From positions 24,874,464 to 24,938,463 of the forward strand of contig NC_043011.1 of assembly GCF_006345805.1 (NCBI RefSeq): 64,000 bases of DNA, written 5' to 3'. Position 1 is the stretch's first letter, and each line of letters begins with the position of its first letter. Both the position numbers and the translations under genes were made by a program. Under the pieces are notes generated by a model. The model saw only the letters and a list, made by a program, of their open reading frames with translations. It did no database searches and was not told where the DNA came from. Positions 50,880 through 64,000 of this stretch are shown piece by piece. The DNA comes from Octopus sinensis. Lineage: Eukaryota.

Positions 50880-52093
50880 CTGATGGTATAGAATGGAAGG
50901 CAACAATTACAGAAGTGAAAGATAACATCTTATGATAGTATTACAGTCAACAAAATGACTTACAATCTTTGACAATCAGCTGAATATTTGGAAGATTAAA
51001 ACCATGGTATTCAAACTATGAGCCTCAGTACTGCACAGTACTGGTGCATCACAGATTTTTAAAAATATAATCTAAGGCTTTAGAAAATCCATACCACTTA
51101 TGCTCTCCTCATATGCATATGTCCCAATACACCTCCAACATCATCTATTTCTCTCTCTCACTCTGCCTGTCTCACTATATTTCTAACTCTATCTCTCCAT
51201 CTTCCTTTCTTTTTCAAATGGGGTGGCTAAGTATCTCTTCTATAGTAAGACACCTATCTCTTCTCCTCTATTATACTTTAATCTTTCAACTGGCACAAAG
51301 TCACCTCCCTCAGTACTACTCCCTCTCCCAGCCAAGGGGTCTTTGTCTTGTAAGTTACTTGGTGACCCCGCTAGTGCTGGTGTCACATAAAAAGCACCCA
51401 GTACACACTGTAAAATGGTTAGCATTAGGAAAAGTATCCAACTGTAGAAACCAGGCCAAAGTAGTCAATGGAACCTGGTGCAGCTCTCTGGCTTATCAGC
51501 TCCTGTCAAACCATCCAACCCATGCTAACATGGAAGATTGATGTTAAATGATGATAATAATGTTGGAGGCTTATGACAAATATTTTAACCATAAACAAAA
51601 GCAGTCAATAGTTTTCTATATTTGTTTCATAAGTCTTTAATTTTAAAATATTCCATGCTAAGTGATCTACTATTTTTTTTTTATTTGTATTTGATCACCA
51701 GTGTGCTATGTAGTCAAAAAAAGACTGAGATCCATTGGATTAGAATAACTTGACAAAGAAGTGGTGAGAAAGGATGAATAAGAAAATAATTCACTGAGAT
51801 ATCATTATCAACATTTAATGCCCATTTTTCCATGCTGGCATAGATTGAATGGTCTGACAGGATCCAGCAAGCTACAGGGCTGCACCAAACACCACTGTCG
51901 GCTTCAGCATGTTTTCAATGACTGGATGTCCTTCCTAATGTCAACCACTTTACAGTGTGTACAGGGAGTCTTTTTTTATCCAACCAGCATTTGTGAAGTT
52001 TCCCAGTAAGCTGCTAGACTGAAAGAAACCCAATTAACAATTATGAAAGAAATAAAAATAAAAATAACACTTTCCTATCTTTCAGATACTCAC

Positions 52094-52264
52094 TTTTAAG
52101 GCAGGGGAATCACCAAAAGATTGGTGGTGATACAGTCCCATTTTCTGGGTGACCAAACAATCCAATACATGAGCTCGGGCATTCTGCCAGTGGACCATGT
52201 TTTTCAGGAGCTTGTTAAAAGATTCTGTCATATCGGCTGCTATGTTGTATGTAAAAAATGTCAT
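52094..52264 (-). CDS. SZT2: SZT2 exon
   Basis: ttccag|MTFFTYNIAAD...MVHWQNARAHVLDCLVTQKMGLYHH...LK|gtgagt. Matches 'TYNW...[25 protein letters not shown]'. Confidence 0.95.
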
Positions 52265-52478
52265 CTGGAAGTATATTAAATACATAAAAATAGATTTAGA
52301 CTGGTTTGATTTTTTAGGTGAAGAGACATACATACAGACAGACACAGAAGTGGAAAGGATAAGAGGTAGACAGCCAGGATAGCGACAAAGAAAGGAAGAC
52401 AGACAGAAAGATAAAGGACAATATACAGACAATCTGTCTGTACATTGTCTTCCTTCAAAACAAGATGCTTCAATACTT

Positions 52479-52547
<69 letters not shown>

Positions 52548-52789
52548 TATACTTTTTATCTTTTCTTTTGCTTGTTTCAGTTGTTGGACTGCATTCTTAC
52601 TGGAACAGTGCCTTGAAGAGTTTTAATCAAACAGATCGACCCCAGTATTCATATTTTAAGTCTGGTACTTTATCTATCAGTCTCTTCTGTTGAACTACTA
52701 GGTTACAGGGACATGAACAAACCAACACTGATTGCCAAGCAGTGGGAGACAAACATAGCCACAAAGACACACAAACACACATACATATG

Positions 52790-52950
52790 TAAAGAAGTGC
52801 TAATCTCTAACTGTGGAAGAGGTAGACTCAGGAAGACATGGGATGAGACGGTGAAGCATGATCTTCGAATACTGGGTCTCATGGAGACAATGACAAGTGA
52901 TCATGACCTTTGGCAACTTGTATGCTTGAGAAGACTTGTCAAGCCAAGTG
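52790..52950 (+). mobile_element. RTE-clade LINE 3' end fragment
   Basis: GRGRLRKTWDETVKHDLRILGL..MTSD.DLW is typical of RTE ORF C-termini. Confidence 0.75.
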
Positions 52951-53159
52951 GAATCATAGTTATGGCTGGTACCAGTAACACGTAGAAGGCACCTATTACA
53001 CTCTTGAAATGGTTAGTGTTAGGAATGGCTTGCAGCTGTAGAAACCAGACCAAAATCAAACTGGAATCTGGTGCAGTCCAGCTTACCAGTTCCAGTCAAA
53101 TCCTCTAACCCATGCCAACATGCAAAGCTGATGCTAAATGATGTTAGAGATGATGATGA

Positions 53160-53162
53160 TGA

Positions 53163-53194
<32 letters not shown>

Positions 53195-53274
53195 CATATA
53201 CATACATATACATATATATATATATATATATACATACATATATATATACATACATATGCACACATATATATATA

Positions 53275-53308
<34 letters not shown>

Positions 53309-53321
53309 CATACATACACAT

Positions 53322-53357
<36 letters not shown>
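53160..53357. repeat. (TA)n/(CATA)n/(CA)n microsatellite
   Basis: Direct inspection. Confidence 0.9.
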
Positions 53358-53598
53358 CGGGCTTCCACACAGTTTCATTTACAATGCATTTGTTGGCCTG
53401 GGGCTATTGCAGAAAGGCCTTGTCCAAAATGTCAAGTAGTGGAACTGATCCTGGAACCATGTGATTGCAAAGCAAGCTTTTTATCCACAGCTCACATACC
53501 TATCGCTGTGCAGACAGACAGACAAACAGGCACAGACATATTTAGAAAGAGTATTATGTTGTTATTGTTGCAGATTTCTGAAGGAAACTTTTACCAAC

Positions 53599-53750
53599 CT
53601 TTTTGTCATTGATCTGTAATAAGAGTAATCGTTGCCGGGGTGCAAACAAATTATATTTTGTCTCTGTAGGGGATCCCTCAGATCCTTTATCTAAGCTACT
53701 GTTGCAACTACCGGGAACATATGGATGGAACCGGAATTCTCGATGTGTTG
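53599..53750 (-). CDS. SZT2: SZT2 exon
   Basis: tttacag|[15 protein letters not shown]...[16 protein letters not shown]|gttggt. Matches '[14 protein letters not shown]'. Confidence 0.92.
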
Positions 53751-54042
53751 CTGTAAAGAAAAAAAAAGGAATTGTCTTGAGAATGATCATAAGATTGTAA
53801 AAGACAAGATAAATTTTGTTATGCAACACAGTTTCTTTGCTAATAACAGTCAGCAGAGAAAAGAAAATTTAGTGAAAAGAATGTTTCCTCTGCCAATAAA
53901 AATGGAATAGGAGTGATTGAGAGTTTTTATATATTACCTGGTGTGAAGAAACTGCAACGAGTTTCTTTGGATACATCAATGTATGAGAGACTGTAGCCAA
54001 TGTATGATGGTGATTGTTAGTGTGTAGCAATTGTGTAGGTAA

Positions 54043-54836
54043 TTGACCCTTTTGTTACCATATTTTTGTAGAAATACACTGTCTTTCATTATCATCATCA
54101 TCATTTACCATCTGTTTTCTATGCTGGCATGGATTGGAGCTGGTAATGACAGAGGTTGCATCAGGCTTCATTGTGTGTTCTGACATGGTTTCTACAGCTG
54201 GATGCTCTTCCTAACACCAACCACTCCAAAAAGAGTACTAGGTGCTTTCTATGCGGTACCAGCACCAGTGCTTTTAATGTGACACTAGCATGAATACATT
54301 TTATTTGGCTCTGGCACCAGTATCAATTTTGCTGTAGCAGGCAGGTCTTCTTGAGTACAGCAAGGCACAAGACATCTTGCTCCTCAGTCACCTCCTTTGT
54401 AAGGCTCAGTGTCTTGAGATCAACCATTGTTTTAGTTTATTTTGAAAATGAGGAGGAATTTAGTAAAGTAACTTTGTCATTATTAACCCTTTAGAATTTA
54501 ATCTGATCATATACAGCCCAAATATTGTACTTGTTTTATGCTAAAACTGACAAGATCCAACCTCTCACACCTACCCTGCAACATTATTCTAAAGACATAC
54601 AAACATACCACTGAAATCTCAAAACTTTAGGATAATGTACGATTTATTCAAAACAATGTGAATAAATAAGCAATACATTTGGCAAAGAAATCTGAATGTT
54701 AAAGGGTTAAGATGGTGTTTGGAAGAGAAATTAACAAATTTTGATGAAAGATTTTAATTTAGATCACTTTAAAACAGGAAGTTTGTATCATAAAATCTGG
54801 GGGTGGTCTCAGGAAGGTTGATATCAAAAGGGTTAA
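54043..54836. mobile_element. Nested piggyBac-type MITEs (inner 54483-54710) plus a SINE
   Basis: Outer ends ttgacccttttgttacca / tgatatcaaaagggttaa. Inner ends ttaaccctttag / ttaaagggttaa, the same family as 24870-25096. Confidence 0.7.
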
Positions 54837-54879
54837 GTATTGGAATGAAGAAAACTGCAGTCAGTGAACAGTCTATACC

Positions 54880-54925
<46 letters not shown>

Positions 54926-54963
54926 CACACAACCAAACAAATAACCCAAAAAGTAAGCCTCTA

Positions 54964-55202
54964 TAGTTGTGATTCTCAACTGGGGTCCATATGAGATTTC
55001 GTCATTAAAATTTATGTGCAATAAATTGCCTATGCTTCTACAGTACACAAAATATTTTCATTTTTACATACAATTCCTAATAATATTTAATTATAGAAAT
55101 ATAATGGATTTTAAAAATATACATAGAATGGTTATGGAGGTTCATTAGAGTAAAATAGGAATCAAAGGGGATCCATAGATAAAAAATGTTTGAGAACAGC
55201 TG
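54964..55202. mobile_element. hAT-type MITE
   Basis: Ends tagttgtgattctcaac / gtttgagaacagctg, with ggggtccat subterminal motifs. Confidence 0.55.
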
Positions 55203-55922
55203 TTCTCCAGCAGGAAATTTTCTCCAAGACAAAACACAGTGAATGACCTTATGGGTTCAAATACACCCCAAGCATTTTTGAACTGGTAATAACCTTGCTT
55301 TTTTATAGTATGATATTGCAGGGGGATTTTTTTTCTTATAAAGTTTATTGTATGACACCTAAAAAAACCATAGTATGTCACTGCTGATATATGTGTTATA
55401 GATCTACCATTGCTGGTATAGATATTGTTTGTAGCATATTGCTAAGTGAAGGTTAATAGTGAATAGTAAAGGTTAATAGTTTGGTTTTTTTTTTTACATG
55501 TCATCTAAACATGCTAATCAGTGGCTGCACTGACCTATTGGTATAGTGAAAATTTTTACTGAAAATTATTTTACTGATTACAAATGTAATCAAAGAAGTA
55601 GAATCAAAGAGAAAACACTCAGTCAGTATTGGCAGATTGTGACTATGCCTTAAATCTGAGACAGTGGAGGAGCCTTTTCACTGTTACTTGACCTTTTAGA
55701 AATAGCAACCAATCTACCTCAAAGACACCTTATCCTTTTAAAAAAGAAAGGACACATTGGACATAGGTATTAAAAAGGAAAATGATGGTTACAATTAGAA
55801 TGCCTTTGGTCTACTTGATAAAGATGGAAAGGGACTAAAAAAACAACAAACTAGCAATTTATCAATTAAAATTCCAAAGAATATATAAGGAAATCTCGAA
55901 CAAACTATAGCAGTTTTCATAC

Positions 55923-56100
55923 CTCGATGAGAATGTCCAAAGAGGTTGTCATCATTTCCATCACTTCCTCCAGAGTGGTCAACAGAAGCTGACCACTCTT
56001 CAACGTTACGGCCAATTACCAAAAATGTTTGCTGTTTTCCTGGTGGGGCTTTATTATTCCAGTCAACATCAAATGTTGTGTCCATGCTGCCTCTTTTAGA
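55923..56100 (-). CDS. SZT2: SZT2 exon (most upstream one identified in this window)
   Basis: ttttag|SKRGSMDTTFDVDW...KQQTFLVIGRNVEEW...GHSHR-G|gtatga. Phase 1 end joins 53750. Assigned mainly from splice sites and phase. Confidence 0.8.
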
Positions 56101-57429
56101 CTAAAATACAAAAACAGTCCAAATAATTTATTTAGTATTTCAAATAAGACAAACTCTACAAACATTTATCTTTAAGTGCTCTGAAGCATTTTTCAAATTT
56201 CGTTTGAAGATTTTTAAAATTTAACTTTTTTTCATATATTTTTTAAAATATGTTTGTATGGAAAAAAATTAAATCTAGATTTACTTGTATATTTTTAAAA
56301 GAAATTCAAATTAGCTAATATTAAAACTTGCCTTATATTGTTAAAAAAATTACTCTTTTTAAATTACAATAAAAAAATGTGTAAGTACTGTTTAGTTATT
56401 CGATGTATCTAAGTGGAACAGTTTTTGGTAAAGTTGCATTATTCAAGTTTTATTTTGTTAAACTTTTATCTTTACAGCTCAAGAGATTACAGACAAAAAC
56501 AAACATTTTCATATGAAACTCAAGACAAAAGACAAAGGTTATTTGACAACCTGATTATTATAGCAGTTTCATGTAATTTTCTCAAAGCAAACAGAATAAA
56601 CACATCCCTCAACGAAGAGGGCAAAAAGAATATTTTTTTTTTTACATACAGTGAAATCAAAAGCTTTATGCAAAGTGGCCTTACTTTTAAAAAAGAAAAG
56701 GGAAAAAAAAATTACTAACATATTTCTGATTACATTGTTGCAAGCCAGTAAAAATAAATAAACAAATGAAAGGCTGCCCTGCCTTAGTCTCAAACTGCAG
56801 ACCATCTAAATGTGAGCAGGAATTGACCATAGCAGTGGAATTATTACATCCAAAATCAGACACTACGTATAAAAATCATAGACAATCAAGCAACAAGATG
56901 GAATCAGTAGGAATTACTTGAGAAAACAAAAATCAACTGAATGGAGATTGTTGGAAATTAACAGAAACAATGCTAAAGCAGAGTGAGGTTCTAATTAATT
57001 TGCTATAAAATCAACGAAATTTTGTAATTATATAGTTGTTGAATGACATGCAAAAAAAAAAAAAAGTCTTGTTACAACAAACAGAAACCAAGATGACTTA
57101 AATGCGTGCAACAAGGAATTCAATTTTTGTTTTGTCAAGAAATGTAAACAAAAAAAAAAAAACTAAAGAAAAACAAAATATTTTAATAAATGAGACATGG
57201 ATACATGTATACATTATGTGCACACATACACACACACAAATATACATAAATACATACACACACATATACATTACTATACACAAACACACACATGTCTAAA
57301 TACCTATATACACACACACATATATATGCACACACACATACACACATACATTCAAACACACACATACAAACACATACATATTTACGCACATACATACCTA
57401 CATACATACATACATACAAACAAAAAAAC

Positions 57430-57866
57430 AAAATACCTACAAATGAAGCTGATCATATTGAGACTGACAGGTCAAAAGTATATTGGTGGAACTTAAAAAT
57501 CAAAAGTCACTGAGTTAAAACACAACCAGCCAGATATCATTGTGTGGGACCACGATGAAAACATAGGTTCTGCTATGGAAATCAGCTGACCTCTGGACAC
57601 AGATGTGTTAGAAATATACAAGAGAAAGACGATATTTATGGACCATGGATAAGGAGTTTGCAAATCCAGTACTCAAGATACACTTTCAGTTTCATACCTA
57701 TTATTAGGTATGGCAAGCAACAGGATATATACCAACCCACCTGGAGTAAAGTATGGTTGAACTTGGGATCAAGCAGAGAGAATGCAAATCCTTAATTCAT
57801 ACGCTACAAATAATCACGATATCTGAGACTATAAAAATCTGTTAATCCTTCTAAAGATTTAAAAGA
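57430..57866 (+). mobile_element. 3' fragment of a restriction-like-endonuclease (R4/Dong-type) non-LTR retrotransposon
   Basis: Broken frames read YWWNLKIK..LKHNQPDIIVWD..MEIS*PLD..EKDDIYG..FIPII..TGYI..TIKIC, the PD-(D/E)xK domain. Flanked by CA/TA microsatellite. Confidence 0.75.
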
Positions 57867-60800
57867 TGATGGTTAAAAGAAGACTCTTTCCTTCACAATC
57901 TTGCTACAAAGTAGGTGGCTGGTTAAAATTTACTCTAAAATTCAAAAGAGAAAGAGAAGAACATACATACATTCACACATACATACCTACATAAACACAT
58001 ACATATATACCTACATGCACACACACACATCTGCACACTTACATACACACATATTCATACATACATACAAACACACACACACACACCTATATACATGCAT
58101 TTAGTGCATCTCCATAGATTTTGATAATGAATGTTCCAGTCATTCAATCAACAGAATGGCCTAATCATTGAATTAATGCATAAGTGGCTGAGCATTCCAC
58201 AGACAGCATGTACACTTAACACTGCAGGCAGAATCAATGTGACTGTGTATAAGAAGGCTAACCCACTGAATTACAAGTAGACTCCATTCAACAAGTTTCC
58301 ACACAGTTTCCATTTCCTCAATTCCACTCAAAAGACTTGAGTCAAACTGAGACTACAGCAAAAGACACTAGTCGAAGATGCTTTATAGTAGGATTGAACC
58401 TGAGACTCCACAGTTACAAAGCAATCTCCTTAACTCCTCAGCCATGAATACATACAAATAGACACATGCAAGCACACAGCCATTCTATAAAATATAGCAA
58501 TTTGGATGTCAACTGTGCAATACTCATGTTTAGGTGTTTCTCACAATTTCATTATGTTAATGATTTTCTGGCTGTTAATTTTGAACCCTCACTGCGTTGA
58601 TTTTAACGCTTTAGCATTTAAACCAATCATATCCAGCCCAAATATCATACCTATCTTATGTTCAAAACCAACTAGATCTAACCTACCCAACAATATCATT
58701 TAAAAATAAAAAAAGAGTCACATCTGCAGAATCTCAAAGCTACAAGATAATGCATGATTAATTCAAAACAAGGTGAATAAATAAGCATTATATTTCAGTA
58801 ATCTGAAGTCAAAGCTATGTGATTGGGAAACAAACTTCTTACCCACATATATATATATGTGTGTGTGTGTGTGTCACATAAGTGGCACCTATGCTAGTAG
58901 CATGTAAAAAGTACCCATTACACTCTTGGAGTGGTCAATGTTAAGAAGAGCATCCACCCAAAGAAACCACGCCAAATCAGACTGAAATCTGGTGCAGCCC
59001 TCCAGCTAGCCAGTTTCAGTTAAACTGTCTAACCTATGCCAGTATAGAAAGCAGACACTAAAGGATGATGATAATGATGGTGTGTGTGTGTGTGTGTGTG
59101 TGCATGAACCATTGTCTTCACATCACATGCTTGTTCTAAATGAGCATTACTGTCATGAAAGCAATGTTGTTTGTTTCCAGTTTTCTGTGGAAAAAAAAAA
59201 ACATGTCTGGTCAAAGGGAAATTTTACCTTGCCTGGAAACAGATGATGATTGTTAAGAGAAAGACTGTATTAAAATTTGTCTCAGTAAACTCTGTCTGAC
59301 TCATGCAAGCATGGAAAAGAGGATGTTAAAATGATGATGATAATGATGATACATACTGGCACTCTGTCAGTTATGATGATAAAGGTTCCAGTCAGTCCGA
59401 CCAACAGAACAGCCAGCTCATGAAATTAATGTGCAAATGGTTGAGCACTCCACCAACACACATATCATTAAAGTAGTTCTCAGGGAGATTCAGTGTGACA
59501 CAGAATGTGACAAGGCAGGACCTTTAAAATATACATACTATTCATTTTTGCCAGATCAGTGCACTGGAGCAACATGAAATGACACAATGTGCCACCAGGA
59601 ATTGAACTCATGACCTTATGATTATCAGCCAAATACTCTAACCACTGAGCAACAGGCTTTGAAGATGATAAACACTGGACTTCCATATAGTTTCCTTTCA
59701 TGAAATTTCTCTCACTCAGCTCAAGGTTATAACAGAAGACACTTGTCCAAGGTGCCATGAAGAGGAATTGAACCCAATGCTATGAGGTTTAGGAGGAAAC
59801 CTTTTAATTATAGTCATTAAAAAAAAAATGCACCAGATCACGATTCCACTTCAGAATTAGAAAAATACTCCAGTTCTGATTAACCAGTAGTTTTACAGAG
59901 TTCAAGTGTGTCCCATACAGCACTGATTACATATTTAAAATGGTGCAGTAATAACACATGCACACACACACACACTAACTTGGAAACATCCTAGGTTGCA
60001 CATAAAAGAAGACCTAGTTGATTGGTAAAAATTCACTCAATGGCATATCACAAAAACTAGGCCATTACATTACAACAGTGGTTTCTGTTTCTTTCAGTTA
60101 TCAAGATGAATACCATTTCCACCAATGGCTGACAAGTCAAGCAAAGGAGACCATGCTGTCATTCAACCCATTGGAAATAACAGCCAGTTTCTCCCAAATC
60201 CCATGTTTTCAGCTAACAAATGATGGACTCACTGAACAATGTAATCCCCAAAATATACAAAAGCTGGGTCGGTCATGATTGAAACATTTCCAATCACAGG
60301 TCTGCTCAGTCAAAGCAACAATAACACCAACAATCCAAATGGATCACTAAAGTAAATGTCATTATATATAGATCCTACAGGTCAGCCCTACATCTAATAT
60401 TAGCTGTAAATTAAATCAGAGTAGTTGTAAGGAAATTGGTCTCACTTGCAGGAGAGTAAGAAAACATGAGCAGCAAATGAAAAATACAAACAAACAATCA
60501 AAATAAAAAAGAATAAAAATGAAAGTGGAGGTGTTTATAAACTATCAGTGATGATACAATGTCGACATCTCTGTACAGAAGTAGTATATTTATAAAAAAA
60601 AAAAAAATAATAATAATAATGGCAGAGAATCTTCACACCATGCAAAACGACATCAAACATAACAGATGGCTTTTATTACTTAAAAAAAAAATTCTATATT
60701 TCACTTATAAAGATAGGAGAAAATAAAATACAAAATCTTCCTTGCGTTAAAGATTTAATTGTTAAAATTCAGTCTTTACTGAAATACAATAATTTTGTGC

Positions 60801-63469
60801 AGAGAATATATATACATAATAGTAGTAGCAGCAGCAACAGTAGTAGTAGTTGTAATAATAAACAACGACAGTAGTAGAAGATAGAACTGCCAGTCATGGA
60901 TATGACTGGATAAATGGCTAGCACAGACATTGGAAAATAACAAAAAGGATAAAAAAATAACTCTCACCAATACAGAGAAGTACCACTGCAAGAAAGAACG
61001 GTACACAAGTTGAGATGGGGGAGCTACAGAGCAGAAGATTAAGGCTTTAGCAATGTGCGATATGCTTCAAGGAACTAGTACATGTGAGTCTATGGACATT
61101 AGTTAATAAGGATTCTTTTTTTTTATGTTTATTTGAATAGGCAAAAGCTACACACAGAAAATCAGGATGGCTTCAGAATTTCAAAACATTTAGAAACACA
61201 CATTTAAGAATTTTAGTTAAACTATATTTAAGCATGAAATACAACTCTTAAGTTATTAACATTTATTTTTATTTCACCACGCAAATATTTCTAATTAGCT
61301 TTTTAAATGCTCCTGGTATTAAATATGTTAATGTATTAAGTATATTAATGCTAACTATATTTTAACCATAGTTTTTTCAAGACCTTTTCTATTTCCCAAA
61401 ATCTATTTTCAATCTAGATATCACTTCATGCAATTTCACCGATCTTTTATGAACTTCAAGTGGGTTTTATTTCCTCAAAGAACTACCAGGTAGAAATGAA
61501 ATTTAAAGATTTTTACAGGAAAATGGAAATGATAACAGTTATGTTTATTATTTCCAAAGACAATGACACAGGTAGTAAACAGAATTGACTGCAATAGGAA
61601 ACCGAAATTCACACATGGAATTCACAGACCAAGTAGCTTACCCTCTACTCAGCTCATTAAATTACCTAAATACAGTAAATTCACTCTTATCCAGTACTCA
61701 AATAACCAGAACTCTCAAGCAACCGGCACCCAGAGAAAAATAAAAGAAAGAGTGCTGTTAATTAGAATCAAAAGAATTTGTGTTAATACTAATTAACTGT
61801 CTTTTAAAAGAAAGTTTTTACTGTATTTTACATGGATCATTGCTTCTTAAAGTACTAAACTTTATTTTACTGTATTTACAATTCTTGTATTTTATTAGAT
61901 TCATTAGATAATAAAACTTGTTCTTAGCTTAAATCATACTTTATATTCCTTTCTAGTTCTCTCATTGCTACTACATTTAGAATGTTAATGATAATACTGA
62001 TGAATACAGGGAGTATTAATGTGTATTGTAAGATGTCATGGTAATTTAAAAAGTAATGATCAGATATCTGGAAAATTGAGTTATCTGATAACCCTCTGGC
62101 CTCAGTGGTACTGGGTATGAAGGAGTTTACTGTATCATAAAATATTTCTAAATTTTGTTTCCACAATCTACAGTATTTAACATAAAAAACTTAGCTCTAT
62201 TTGAAAAATTGAGATATGTTGTTATTAATTCATTTTAATCTTTTATGGTTATATTTCAACAAAATTACAGCCATTAAACCTCTCCATACAAGATATCACT
62301 TAAACAAAACAAAACAAACAAAAAATCAGATAATGCAAAACAAGTTCATCTTGTGTTTTTGTTTTGCTACTTTCAATGACTGGAATGTGGCAATGCCGGC
62401 ACACAAATTCTAAGTATACAGATGATTATATCAACTGACCCTCATTCTTGCAGACAATCACTTTATTTTATTAGCTCCAGAAGTACAAATGACAACGTCG
62501 CTTTGGACAAAATTTAAATTCAAAACATAAGGAGATGCAATCAGTGACTGCAAGATATTCTGTTCAATACATGACCAACCTTGCCATATACCACCCATTA
62601 GAGAAATCCCATTACAAAATAGAATACTAATAGGATACCCTTTTTCCTAACTGTAGAAATTCACAGATTTTTACTTAATTTTTACATACAGCTGTTGATG
62701 TTTTTGTGGCAGAAGCTCCATTGCCAGCCAAAGTAAATTAGAACTGATGTCAATACCTTGATTTATAAAGGATGGGGGTGACAATATTAAGAGTCAATTA
62801 ATTGTCAATTTATGTTAAACTATATTATTTTCAAACTTTAGTACAGGGCTAGCAATTTTGGGTTAGGGCATTAGTCGCTTACATCAACACCAGTGCTCAA
62901 CTGGTACCTATTCCATCGACATTAAAAGGATGAAAGGTAAAGTCAACCTTGGTGGAATTTGAACTCAGAATGTAAAGATAAAAAAAATGCCATTCTGCAT
63001 TTTGCCTGGCACAGTAACAATTCTGCCAGATTGCTGCCTTATTTATATTCATAAAATTTTCCATTTTTTGTCACTTTTTTTTTCAAACTAGAATGGGTTG
63101 GGCAAATGATTAATTCATTAAAAATTAAAGTTTTTAAAGCTATCAATTTATGATGAGACTACTTTCTAATACCAACTGCTTCAAGATGAACAGAAACCAA
63201 TTTAAATATTTTGGATGAATGAAGCATGGCTTTAACAAAGATAATGGTATCTCACTCCAGTTTCTAGGTATTAAGTAGAGGAGAGATAAATTATTTCCCT
63301 GGACAGAAACCTGTTCTATTTTGGCAAACATTCCAAAAGAATTTAATATCTGCTCAAGGCGAAGTGAAGATCAAAGAGATACATCAACTGTCAAAATAAG
63401 TATTACTCACTAAAAGAGTTGGTTGTTCAATATCATTATCCACCCAGCATTTTAATTCAACAAGCATAA

Positions 63470-63494
63470 TTGTGTTACACACAATACACATATG

Positions 63495-63538
<44 letters not shown>

Positions 63539-63706
63539 TACATTTTTATATATATATACACACGCATACAATATATGTATATATATATATATGTACATAC
63601 ATTTTTTATATATATATACACACATGCATACAATATATGTATATGTATGTGTGTGTATATATATATATATATATTATATATATATATATATATGATAATA
63701 ATAATA

Positions 63707-63740
<34 letters not shown>
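63470..63740. repeat. (TA)n/(CA)n then (AAT)n microsatellite
   Basis: Direct inspection. Confidence 0.9.
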
Positions 63741-63745
<5 letters not shown>

Positions 63746-63783
63746 AAGTAACAAGAAGATGGATTTAGTATTAATCTTTATTT

Positions 63784-63883
63784 TGTACAACCGTTTCGAC
63801 CCATCTTGCTACTGTCCCTTATGGGTGGGACTCCTTTCAATATGTTTTTTATCAATTTGGTAGGCTGGGTCTCATCAGGTACA
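63784..63883 (-). ncRNA. Hammerhead ribozyme motif with intact core and long stem II
   Basis: Minus strand: tgtac-CUGAUGA-gaccca...tgggtc-GAAA-cgg-UU-gtaca. Perfect 5-bp stem I and 6-bp stem II base. Confidence 0.7.
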
Positions 63884-64000
63884 TCAATACAAAAAGGTTT
63901 CTGTCTCGCTAAAGATCCTGAGTTTTGGCTGTCGTGTTGTTATATGCCCATCTGGTTAGGGAATGAAGCATCAATTACTATGATCTTTTTTCAGTAAGAG

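Noticed and set aside
53938-53990. Possible extra SZT2 exon (cag|...CAG|gtaata)
   Set aside because: At 53 nt it would break the frame between 55923 and 53750, which already join in phase 1. The polypyrimidine tract is weak.
61924-63331. Minus-strand ORFs 61924-62166 and 63143-63331 as upstream SZT2 exons
   Set aside because: No recognisable SZT2 similarity and no phase-compatible splice sites.

Overview
AT-rich, repeat-dense animal genomic DNA. The microsatellite, SINE and DNA-transposon content suggests a cephalopod (Octopus-like); this is inferred, not shown. Two spliced genes face each other tail-to-tail. On the + strand are the last two coding exons of an ELMOD3 orthologue (1506-1633, 3754-3929). 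On the - strand is the C-terminal part of SZT2 (KICSTOR subunit): 15 phase-consistent exons from 56100 down to the stop at 18496, about 940 codons, plus a candidate 30-nt microexon. Introns and intergenic DNA hold degenerate maT/mariner and piggyBac elements, MITEs, RTE and RLE-type LINE fragments, a Penelope GIY-YIG remnant, many tRNA-derived SINEs and long (TA/CA)n tracts. The most notable unannotated signal is about ten minimal type I hammerhead ribozyme (HHR) motifs. They include a 505-bp tandem unit with one HHR per unit in the last ELMOD3 intron (retrozyme or Penelope pLTR-like) and several head-to-head fold-back elements built from HHR-bearing arms. A 37-38-bp minisatellite starts just after the SZT2 stop codon. 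Gene identities rest on recalled similarity to vertebrate proteins; no search was run.
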